Part shown: positions 1 to 7,137 of the stretch, piece after piece | How positions within the stretch are numbered: position 1 is the stretch's first letter | How the letters are laid out: every line of letters begins with the position of its first letter | Source: Acutalibacteraceae bacterium | Lineage (GTDB): Bacteria; Actinomycetota; Coriobacteriia; Coriobacteriales; UMGS124 | Assembly: GCA_963619535.1 (NCBI GenBank) | Contig: CAVEWV010000004.1 | Location: forward strand, 1,983 to 65,982 | Length of the DNA: 64,000 nucleotides | Direction: 5' to 3' | Made by a program: the position numbers and the translations under genes | The notes under the pieces: generated by a model | The model's database searches: none | Seen by the model: the letters and a program-made list of their open reading frames with translations, nothing else | What the model was told of the DNA's origin: nothing

Positions 1-699
1 GGGGCGTTGCTGGCCTATGTCCTCAATGGGTGCGGCTTTGCGCTCATCGACATCGCAACCGTCTCGGCCCTGGCCACCTGCGCGCACGTGCTGCGCGTGC
101 CGGCCGACGCCGTGTTCGGGGTGGAGAGGTTCCTGGGCGCGTTGGTCATGTTTGCCGGCGCGCAGGTGCAGCCTGCCTTTTCCGAGGGGGGCATGAGGAC
201 GCTGTGCGCCCTTGCGATCGCGGTGTTTCTCGGGGCGGTCGTGGTCTCGCTCGTGCGGGCAAGCGCGACGTATCCTGCGGCGACTGTGTCGCAGGGCATG
301 GCGCCGGACGGAGGGACGGGCGCCGTTTCGAGGATGGGCGCGATGCCTGGCGCCGCTGTTGCAAGCGGATGTGCCCGACCCGCAGGGCCCGGCTCGTCAA
401 GGCAGGCCGGCCGGCAGACGGCTTTCGAGGTGTCCGCATCCACCCAACCTGCCTGTCTCTTGGACGATGACGCCTGCTGCCGGGTCCTCTGCCAGAGGGG
501 CGCGCTCACGCCGCGCGAGTCCCAGGTGCTCGGCTACCTCGTGCGCGGGCGCGGCTCCACATTCATTGGCGCCGAGCTCTGCATCTCGGCACAGACGGTC
601 AAGACGCACGCCAAGCATATCTACGACAAGCTCGGCGTGCATTCGCGTGAGGAGCTGCTCACGCTCGTGGAGCGCACGCGCAGGGAAGGGGCTCGATAA
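1..699 (+). CDS. LuxR-family transcriptional regulator with membrane-associated N-terminus; 5' end probably outside the window
   Basis: Frame open from base 1 to TAA at 697-699. C-terminal LuxR/GerE HTH (LTPRESQVLGYLVRGRGSTFIGAELCISAQTVKTHAKHIYDKLGV). Hydrophobic helices in the N-terminal half (LAYVLNGCGFALIDIATVSALA, TLCALAIAVFLGAVVVSLV). Confidence 0.8.
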   Translation, partial: GALLAYVLNGCGFALIDIATVSALATCAHVLRVPADAVFGVERFLGALVMFAGAQVQPAFSEGGMRTLCALAIAVFLGAVVVSLVRASATYPAATVSQGMAPDGGTGAVSRMGAMPGAAVASGCARPAGPGSSRQAGRQTAFEVSASTQPACLLDDDACCRVLCQRGALTPRESQVLGYLVRGRGSTFIGAELCISAQTVKTHAKHIYDKLGVHSREELLTLVERTRREGAR

Positions 700-823
700 A
701 GATGCGATCGACGCGTCGCTTTCCCGATGCGTTGCTGCGACTGTGGCGTGGATTGAAGCCTTGCGTAATTGGGCCGCGGCGGCTCAGTTTCGTTTCCTTG
801 GGGTCTAATCCCCTGACTGCCTC

Positions 824-868
824 TGACGCAAAAGGGTCGGGTGTCCCTTTCGGGGCACCCGACCCTTT
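824..868 (-). terminator. Rho-independent terminator downstream of the 904-2718 reductase gene
   Basis: 17-bp GC-rich stem AAAGGGTCGGGTGTCCC / GGGGCACCCGACCCTTT with TTTC loop. On the minus strand it is followed by TTTTGCGT. Confidence 0.7.
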
Positions 869-903
869 CCAGATGACGTGCGGTTTTGTGTGCGAAGCGG
901 GCT

Positions 904-2718
904 TTACGCCTCGAGGCCTGCCAGGTACTGGCCCAGGACGTAGCCGTGCGTGCCGGCCATGCCGATGGAGGCGCCGCCGGCGGGCGTGGAGTAGTTGGCG
1001 CCCCAGCGGCCGCCCAGCGTGTTGCCGGCGGCGTACAGGCCCTTGATGGGCGTGCGGTTCTGACCCAGGACGTTCATGTTCTCGTCGGTGTCCAGGCCGC
1101 ACAGCGTCACCATGACCATGGTCTGGGTGGCGGAGTTCGAGCCGGGCGCGGTGTAGTAGGGAGGCTCGTCGATCGCGATCATGCAGTCGGCGTCCTTGCC
1201 GAACTGCGTGTCCTGGCCGGCGTAGCACATCTCGTTGTACTTGGCCACCTCGTCGAGGATGGTGGGGATGACCTCGTCGGAGTAGCCCGCGTAGCGCAGG
1301 GCCGTCTCAAGGTCGTCGGCGCCGTAGACGGTCGCCAGGTTGCGCTCGGTGATGCAGGCGCTGCGCACGCCCGCGCCCTCGGCGCCGGCGTCAACCACGG
1401 CGGCCATGTCGGTCACGAGGTCGTCGTAGTACTGCGGGCGCGTGTAGTTGGGGCAGCCGTGGTCCACGGAGGCCTTCTGCACGGTCTGGAGCCACTTGGA
1501 GTCGGTGATGGCGCAGGTCAGGCCCACAGGCTGGCGACGCGTGGCCGGGGAGTACTGGCACACGGAGGCCTCGTTCATGAAGCGCTTGCCCTCGGCGTTC
1601 ACCATCATGAAGGGCGAGTGGCCCCAGGGGCCGCCCGCGCCGCCGCCCATGTCCATCGTGGCGCGCGGGTTGGCCTCGATGAAGCCGCCCGCCCAGCAGC
1701 CCATCTTGTGGCCCGCGCCGTCGTTGGTGGTCATGCACACCGAGCCGTTGACGTAATCCTCCTTCTTGAGGCCGCAGCGCTCGTTCCACTCGGCCAGCTC
1801 GGTGATGAGGTCCCAGCACATCTCGCCGTTAGCCTCAAAGCCGCCGGTCGCCAGCACCACGCCCTTCTTGGCGACGTACTTGTGATATGCGCCGTCGGCG
1901 TCCTTGGCGATGACGCCGGTCACCGCGCCGTCCTCGTCCTGCGTGCAGACGACGGCCTCCTGGCCCCAGTACCACGTGGCGTTCTCCTGCGTGATGCGGT
2001 CGATGGTGTAGTTCCACATCTTGGTGATGGTGGAGAAGGAGGCCACGCCGTCCACGGGCTGGTCGTTGTAGGGGCCCCAGAACTGCGTGTCGCCGGCCCA
2101 GGTGTAGTAGCCGCCCGAGTAGATGGGGTAGTCGGCGCCGGTGGTGTGGCCGTACGCCACATGCACGCAGAGCTGCTCCTCGGTGAGGATCTCGTCGTCG
2201 GCGGGCACGGAGGCGAGCATGGCGTCCAGGCAGGGGCCGGAGTTCTCCACGTACTTGGCGATGAGCGACTGGTTGCAGCGGCCGCCGGCGCGGATGCAGA
2301 ACTCGCGGGTGATGGCGCCCAGGTCGTAGTCGCCGAAGCCGCGGCTCTTGAGGAACTCGGAATTGAAGTTCGCGAACTCGCCGCCGATGTACTTGTGCTC
2401 CTCCTCAGAGGCCGCCTTCTCGATGACGGCGACGGTGGCGCCGGCGTCGTTGGCCGCCATGGCGCAGGCGGTGCCGGCATGGCCGCCGCCGCACACCACG
2501 ACGTCGACTTCCACGGTGTCGACGATGTCGGACTCGGCGACCTCGGGCTTTTCGCCAAGCCAGTCGGTGGGATCGTTCATGTAGCCCAGGGGACGGGCGC
2601 CCGTGTACTGCTCGGGTGCGGCGGCCTCGTCGGCCAGGGCGGCGTTGGCGGCCAGACCCGCGACGGCGGCGGTGACGCCTGCGGCCTTGATGAAGTCACG
2701 ACGTGCGATAGATGCCAT
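904..2718 (-). CDS. Tat-exported FAD-dependent oxidoreductase (fumarate reductase / flavocytochrome c flavoprotein family), 604 aa
   Basis: Track ORF 904..3036, trimmed to the ATG at 2718 with AAGGAG 7 nt upstream. The N-terminus MASIARRDFIKAAGVTAAVAGLAANAALA is a twin-arginine signal. FAD fold DVVVCGGGHAGTACAMAANDAGATVAVIEK. C-terminal GLYAAGNTLGG motif. Confidence 0.85.
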   Translation of the reverse strand: MASIARRDFIKAAGVTAAVAGLAANAALADEAAAPEQYTGARPLGYMNDPTDWLGEKPEVAESDIVDTVEVDVVVCGGGHAGTACAMAANDAGATVAVIEKAASEEEHKYIGGEFANFNSEFLKSRGFGDYDLGAITREFCIRAGGRCNQSLIAKYVENSGPCLDAMLASVPADDEILTEEQLCVHVAYGHTTGADYPIYSGGYYTWAGDTQFWGPYNDQPVDGVASFSTITKMWNYTIDRITQENATWYWGQEAVVCTQDEDGAVTGVIAKDADGAYHKYVAKKGVVLATGGFEANGEMCWDLITELAEWNERCGLKKEDYVNGSVCMTTNDGAGHKMGCWAGGFIEANPRATMDMGGGAGGPWGHSPFMMVNAEGKRFMNEASVCQYSPATRRQPVGLTCAITDSKWLQTVQKASVDHGCPNYTRPQYYDDLVTDMAAVVDAGAEGAGVRSACITERNLATVYGADDLETALRYAGYSDEVIPTILDEVAKYNEMCYAGQDTQFGKDADCMIAIDEPPYYTAPGSNSATQTMVMVTLCGLDTDENMNVLGQNRTPIKGLYAAGNTLGGRWGANYSTPAGGASIGMAGTHGYVLGQYLAGLEA

Positions 2719-2840
2719 GGTAATGCTCCTTGTCTGTGACGTGTCCTGGGCGCGGCGGCGGTTTGTGCGACAAGCGTCGCGGCGCCTCCTGCCGTGCCAT
2801 TGCGTTTTGAACGATAGGCCTCGCGGCATTCCGGCCGCCA

Positions 2841-2909
2841 TCGGCCAAAGGTGGGCTTGTGCCCCGCCGCTCCTCCGTCTTCGCTGGCGGAAGGGTCGGC
2901 CAAAGGTGG
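2841..2909. repeat. Direct repeat TCGGCCAAAGGTGG x2 in the divergent promoter region
   Basis: Identical 14-mers at 2841-2854 and 2896-2909 (55-bp period), between the reductase start (2718) and the hydrolase start (3035). Confidence 0.4.
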
Positions 2910-3034
2910 TATTGCATGGCAAAATCCCTGCAAGATGGCGGTTTCTAAGCTCGTCCCGGTCGTTTGGGGGTACCATCGCATGGAAGTCTTGGCTGACGGT
3001 GGCCCATGGTGGCTTGGAGCGGGAGGGGATCGGC

Positions 3035-4057
3035 ATGGCAGGCGACGCGACTGGAGCTTTCTTCGACGATGAGATGCCCGAGCGGGTTTGCGACCTGGCG
3101 CAGGTGACGCGCGAGGAGTTCGATCTGGCCTCCTCCGACGGCGTCTCGTCGGTTGCGGGCTACATCTGGCGGGCCCCGGGGTTGCAGCGGCCCCGCGCGG
3201 TGGTGCAGCTCGTGCACGGCATGGCGGAGCACATCCTGCGCTACGGTCCTTTTGCCGCCTATCTTGCCTGTCACGGTTACCTCGTGGTGGGGCACGACCA
3301 CATCGGGCACGGCAAGACCGCCCAGACGCCGTCGGGCTGGGGCGTGATGGAGCCTGGGCGCGGGGCCGACCACCTGGTGGGCGACGTGCATCGCGTGCGC
3401 AACTTCGTGGCGGTGCAGTACCCGGGCGTGCCGCATTTCGTCTTCGGCCACTCCATGGGGTCGTTCGTGGTGCGCAACTACCTGTGCGCCTACGGCAAGG
3501 GCCTGGCGGGCGCCGTCGTGTCCGCCACCGGCTGGCAACCTGTCACGGCCACCATGGCGGGCAAGATTGTGTGCGACGTCATCGGCAAGACCCGCGGCTG
3601 GCAGCATCGCTCGAACTTCGTGCACAACCTGGCCGACGGTGCCTACGAGCGGGCCTTTGGGCCCGAGGAGGGCGGCAAGCTCGGCTGGCTCACGCGCGAC
3701 CCGGCCCAGCGCGACCTGTACGCCAAGGATCCGGCCTGCGGCTTCACCTTCTCGGTCGCGGCCTATCACGAGCTGTTCAGCCTGGTGGCGCGCTGCCAGA
3801 AGCGCGACCGCGTGTCATACATGCGCTCGGAGGTGCCCGTCCTGCTCATTGCGGGCGGCAGCGACCCGGTGGGCTCCAACGGCCAGGCCATCCCCAAGGT
3901 CGCCGCGCTCATGCGCAGGTGCGGCGTGCGCCACGTGACCGAGAAGATCTATCCCGATGCCCGCCATGAGCTGCTCAACGAGACGAACCGCGACGAGGTG
4001 TACGCCGACGTGCTTGCGTGGTTCGAGGCCTGCCTTAAGGCCAGCTCCAGGAAATAG
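3035..4057 (+). CDS. Alpha/beta hydrolase (lysophospholipase / monoacylglycerol lipase-like), 340 aa
   Basis: Track ORF 2603..4057, trimmed to ATG 3035 after GGGAGGGG. HGMAEH oxyanion region and GHSMGS nucleophile elbow. C-terminal DPV..G...H pattern consistent with a Ser-Asp-His triad. Confidence 0.8.
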   Translation: MAGDATGAFFDDEMPERVCDLAQVTREEFDLASSDGVSSVAGYIWRAPGLQRPRAVVQLVHGMAEHILRYGPFAAYLACHGYLVVGHDHIGHGKTAQTPSGWGVMEPGRGADHLVGDVHRVRNFVAVQYPGVPHFVFGHSMGSFVVRNYLCAYGKGLAGAVVSATGWQPVTATMAGKIVCDVIGKTRGWQHRSNFVHNLADGAYERAFGPEEGGKLGWLTRDPAQRDLYAKDPACGFTFSVAAYHELFSLVARCQKRDRVSYMRSEVPVLLIAGGSDPVGSNGQAIPKVAALMRRCGVRHVTEKIYPDARHELLNETNRDEVYADVLAWFEACLKASSRK

Positions 4058-4213
4058 GCTGACTTGCGGCGCTGGCGTTTGCGCCGTGTGTTTGCGGCGC
4101 GACGCAGGCGGACGCGAGGTCGCGCATAGTTTCGCTGCACGCCCGAGGGGCGCCATGCGGATTGCTTGGCGGCGTATCGTCCCAGTTCGCCGAACTGTTT
4201 TCGGCGTGCCCGT

Positions 4214-5083
4214 TTAACGCTTGCGGTACTGCGCGATGACGAACTCGATGGGGGTGTCGAGCGTCTGAAGGCCGGCGAGCTTGCCCTTGTCGCGGGCGCT
4301 CGTGCGGTAGTAGTAGGGTGTCATCTGGAAGACGGCCTCGATGTCGTCCGGGCATGCAAGCGTGATGTCGGCGCTCACCTTCGTGGTGCCTACCAGCTCG
4401 AGGCTCGAGCATGCGGGCAGCTTCTCGTCGTTGAGGTAGGGCGTGTCGTAGAGCGCCTGCTTCAGGCCGAAGAGGTGCCGCTCGCCGGGGATGACCGTGA
4501 GGAGAGCGCCGCCCGGACGCAGGATGCGCGCGAACTCCGTCTCGTTGAACGGGGCGAAGAGGTGGGTCGCCACGGCGACGCTTGCGTCGGGCACGGGGAT
4601 GGCCTTGAGGTTGGCCACGAAGTAGGTGGCGCGTCCGCGCTTGGCTGCCAGGCGCACCATCTCCTTGGCCAGGTCGAAGCCGTAGGCGCTCACGCCCGGC
4701 ACGCTTCCCAGGGCGCTCGTGTAGTACCCCTCGCCGCAGCAGATGTCCAGAAGGGGCAGGTCGCCTCGGGGTGCCTGGCCACCGGGCGCGTCCTGAGGCG
4801 CACGGCTTGTGCAGCCAAGCGGGCCGGCCGGCGCACCCGCAAGCTCACCCACAAGCCCCACGAGCTTGTCGCGAAGGGGCTGGTAGTAGCCCTTGTCGAG
4901 GAAGTCGCGCCGGGAGCGCGCCTGCTGCTTGGGGTCGCCCATGGTGTCGCCTGCCTTGGATGAGCGCAGCAGGTTGACGTAGCCCTCGCGGGCCAGGTCG
5001 AACATGTGGCCGGCTTCGCAGCGGGCCTTCTTCTCGCCGAACTCTAGCGGCTTGTGGCACACGGGGCAGGTGAGCAGGGGCAT
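4214..5083 (-). CDS. rlmA: 23S rRNA (guanine-N1)-methyltransferase RlmA/RrmA-like, 289 aa
   Basis: Track ORF 4214..5266, trimmed to ATG 5083. N-terminal zinc ribbon CPVCHKPL...CEAGHMFDLAREGYVNLL. SAM motif LLDICCGEGYY. Confidence 0.7.
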   Translation of the reverse strand: MPLLTCPVCHKPLEFGEKKARCEAGHMFDLAREGYVNLLRSSKAGDTMGDPKQQARSRRDFLDKGYYQPLRDKLVGLVGELAGAPAGPLGCTSRAPQDAPGGQAPRGDLPLLDICCGEGYYTSALGSVPGVSAYGFDLAKEMVRLAAKRGRATYFVANLKAIPVPDASVAVATHLFAPFNETEFARILRPGGALLTVIPGERHLFGLKQALYDTPYLNDEKLPACSSLELVGTTKVSADITLACPDDIEAVFQMTPYYYRTSARDKGKLAGLQTLDTPIEFVIAQYRKR

Positions 5084-5248
5084 GTTCACGACCAATCGGG
5101 ACTTCGGCAGGGAAGGGCGTGGCGGGCCCGGATGGGGCGGGCGCGTCTGATGTAGGCTGCTCATTCTAGCCGTTCGGCGCCCCCATGGCGGCGTGCGTAC
5201 GGCTCGACAGGTGCCGGGCATGCAAATTAAAAAATGTATCGAAATACC

Positions 5249-5277
5249 TTGCATATCCATGCGCATGGTTCTATACT
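5249..5277 (+). promoter_or_regulatory. Near-consensus sigma70-type promoter
   Basis: TTGCAT (5249-5254), 17-nt spacer, TATACT (5272-5277). An A-rich tract AAATTAAAAAATG lies upstream, in otherwise GC-rich DNA. Confidence 0.6.
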
Positions 5278-5365
5278 GCGTGGCAACGAAAGCAAGAGAG
5301 CTCCGAGGGAGCAGCTTTCGCCCTAAGTGCCCAGTTGCGAAGGCGCGACGAAGGAGGTGGCCCCT

Positions 5366-5440
5366 ATGGCCGGCAATTCTTGTGTTAACGACGAGGGCAT
5401 TGAGCCCGGCTCTACGGCCGCCGCCTGCTGGTGGTACTAA
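5366..5440 (+). CDS. Candidate 24-codon small ORF MAGNSCVNDEGIEPGSTAAACWWY
   Basis: AAGGAGG lies 8 nt upstream of ATG 5366. The ORF ends TGC TGG TGG TAC TAA, inside the loop of the CCGCCGCCT/AGGCGGCGG hairpin. It is below the ORF-track length cut-off. Confidence 0.3.
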   Translation: MAGNSCVNDEGIEPGSTAAACWWY

Positions 5441-5509
5441 GACGCCTGATAGGCGGCGGAATTTCTCTCCGGTTCACAGTTTTCTCGCTTCAAGTGCATC
5501 TTCCAGTTT

Positions 5510-5669
5510 GGAGATGAGTCCAAAGGACAGCTAAAAGCGGGGTTTCTTTTCCCACAAGCGATAGTTCCTGGCTGGCTCGATACGTCTCAGGAGATGAGTC
5601 CAAAGTACTGAGTAAGTGCTCGTCACTGCATATTGTTACCGCTTTTATGCATTGAAGGTGAGTCCAAAG
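5510..5669 (+). repeat. Three copies of RTGAGTCCAAAG (two are the 16-mer GGAGATGAGTCCAAAG)
   Basis: 12-mers at 5514-5525, 5594-5605 and 5658-5669, spaced 80 and 64 nt. Each opens a 5-6 codon mini-ORF (MSPKDS, MSPKY, VSPKFC). Confidence 0.6.
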
Positions 5670-5733
5670 TTCTGTTAAGTTGCACCATCGCACGTCATGA
5701 GGAGGGGCGCACCCCTCCAAGGGAGTCACATCA

Positions 5734-5775
5734 GGCGGGGTCGGCGAGAGAGTTTCGTCGGCCCCGCCTTTGTGT
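5734..5775 (+). terminator. Rho-independent terminator
   Basis: 14-bp stem GGCGGGGTCGGCGA / TCGTCGGCCCCGCC (two G-U pairs), 7-nt loop, then TTTGTGT. Confidence 0.7.
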
Positions 5776-5856
5776 GGCGTGAGATTGCCCGAGGCCTCTG
5801 CGGCTCGTTGAGCCTGGGCTTCGTCATATCGCTCGGTAGGCGATGGCTCAGTCGCG

Positions 5857-6579
5857 CTACCCGGCCAGGCCGGCGTTGGGCGCGTCGTCGCAGGCGGCGA
5901 GGCCTTCGGGCGTGAGGGCGATGAGGCCCTCCGACACCTTCACCATCCCGCCCGTGCGCAGGTCGGCGAGCTTGCGCGAGAGGGTCTTCTCGTCCATGCG
6001 CAGGTAGTCGGCCCATTCCCGGTGGCTCGCGAACGGCACCTTGGCAAAGCCACGCTCGTCTTTTGGGAGTCCCCGCAGGTAGGCGAGGATCCTCGCCTCG
6101 GCGCGGGGCTGGCCTATCACGGAGATGTTCTGCACGAGCGTGCCCACCTTGGCGCTCATGCGCTGCGAGATGTTTGCCCGCAGCAGGCGCGCGGCGGGGT
6201 CGTTGCTTGCGTCGAGCGCGGCCACGGGCACGCGCAGCACCACGCAGGCCTCACAGGCCCGCACGGTGACGGGCGAGGGCAGGCCCATCATGGGGATGGC
6301 CTCGGCGAAGGAGTCGCCGCCGCCCACCGTCACGATGTGGCGCGACTTGCCGCCCTGGTCGATGGTGGCGCTCACGGACCCCTGCATCACGACGGGGTAG
6401 TAGTCGGGCGTGTCGCCCAGGGCAAGGACATCCTCGCCGGCCTCGTAGAGATAGGCCGTGCAGCCAAGGGCCTGCAAGCACGGGCGCACATCGCCGGCCG
6501 TCATATGGGAGAAGACGGCAGCCTCCGCGAGAAACTCGTCGGTGAGGACGTCCCCAAGGCTGCTTTCAAGCATCTTCAT
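5857..6579 (-). CDS. Crp/Fnr-family transcriptional regulator, 240 aa
   Basis: Track ORF 5857..6741, trimmed to ATG 6579 (MKMLESS). cNMP-binding-like beta-roll region followed by a C-terminal HTH (HREWADYLRMDEKTLSRKLADLRTGGMV). Confidence 0.8.
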   Translation of the reverse strand: MKMLESSLGDVLTDEFLAEAAVFSHMTAGDVRPCLQALGCTAYLYEAGEDVLALGDTPDYYPVVMQGSVSATIDQGGKSRHIVTVGGGDSFAEAIPMMGLPSPVTVRACEACVVLRVPVAALDASNDPAARLLRANISQRMSAKVGTLVQNISVIGQPRAEARILAYLRGLPKDERGFAKVPFASHREWADYLRMDEKTLSRKLADLRTGGMVKVSEGLIALTPEGLAACDDAPNAGLAG

Positions 6580-6733
6580 GTGGCGGTTGCCTTCCCTTGG
6601 CGCAATGCGTGGCTGGATATGTACGACATTCCTAACCCTACCCGTGCAGGTCCACAAAATCAAGCGACCTGTCATGCGCGGAATACTTTTCGGGCAACTT
6701 TTCTTGCTGTCCGTCACGACGCTGAAAACGCGC

Positions 6734-6791
6734 GGTGACAATTGTCACCGCATCAAAACCCCTGGTAGATGGCACGGTGACAAATGTCACC
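6734..6791. promoter_or_regulatory. Pair of 16-bp palindromic operator-like sites
   Basis: GGTGACAATTGTCACC at 6734-6749 (perfect palindrome) and GGTGACAAATGTCACC at 6776-6791, centres 42 bp apart. They lie in the divergent region between the crp-like gene and the ABC/activase operon. 5-N4-5 geometry as in FNR-type boxes. Confidence 0.6.
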
Positions 6792-7137
6792 AAAATAAAC
6801 TATGGTTTACCCACGGATACGGGGAAAATCGGCTGACAACTCGTTGCATTAACAATCAACTATTGCTAACAATAGCGAAACGCAATGCCTTTTCGCGCAT
6901 GCGCAAGGACGCGGCGAGGGCGGAGAGCATGCGGGCCTTCGGCTGCGCCCCGCGCGCATGCGCAAGGGCGTGACGCCGCCGCGAGCAACCCGTCGCCGCA
7001 CCCGACGACCATGCCCCGCGCGCGAACAGGCACGCCGCGCCACGTTCGCCCACATCTCGCCGGCCCCCCGCGGCAGCCCCGCGCCCGGCCGCCTCACCGC
7101 TTTGACTGTTGGTCTCAGACCGATTGGAGTTGGCACC

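Larger units (their letters stand above)
5284..5775 (+). ncRNA. Candidate ~490-nt orphan transcript of unknown class (possibly dual-function, with a small ORF)
   Basis: Bounded by the 5249-5277 promoter and the 5734-5775 terminator. No plausible ORF of 60 aa or more. Nested 5' stems (GCAAC/GTTGC, GAAAGC/GCTTTC, GCTCC/GGAGC at 5283-5337), a 9-bp hairpin at 5418-5459 and a repeated 12-mer. Confidence 0.35.

Noticed and set aside
886-2739. Long ORFs antisense to or overlapping real genes. Examples are 886..2739 (+), 6856..9033 (-), 12630..15140 (-), 15475..20028 (-), 21361..25407 (-), 25600..32325 (-), 41342..43984 (-), 45900..48293 (+) and 50067..52520 (+).
   Set aside because: Their translations are low-complexity and rich in Arg, Ala, Gly, His and Val, with no motifs. 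Each shadows a strand-opposite gene with clear domain signatures. Such shadow ORFs are expected in high-GC DNA where stop codons are rare.
2719-3036. N-terminal extensions of track ORFs. These are 904..3036 beyond 2718, 2603..3034, 4214..5266 beyond 5083, 5857..6741 beyond 6579, 6958..7137, 15268..15507, 36209..36457 and 46626..49055 beyond 48038.
   Set aside because: In each case an internal ATG with a Shine-Dalgarno-like sequence is followed immediately by a recognisable signal peptide or conserved N-terminus. The upstream extension is Arg/Pro-rich nonsense that overlaps promoters or neighbouring genes.
5510-5669. The three GAGTCCAAAG-containing repeats as a mini CRISPR array.
   Set aside because: The conserved unit is only 12-16 nt and the spacing is irregular (80 and 64 nt). 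There are no cas genes in the window, and no repeat palindromy or repeat length typical of CRISPR.
5284-5775. Identity of the orphan RNA as tmRNA, RNase P RNA, SRP RNA, 6S RNA or a known riboswitch.
   Set aside because: There is no tRNA-like acceptor or T-arm, no GGUUCGA motif and no 3' CCA context. The candidate tag-like ORF ends CWWY rather than (L/V)AA. The RNase P P4 motifs (GAGGAAAGUCCGG) and the SRP domain IV motif are absent. No downstream gene exists on the strand, as a riboswitch would require.
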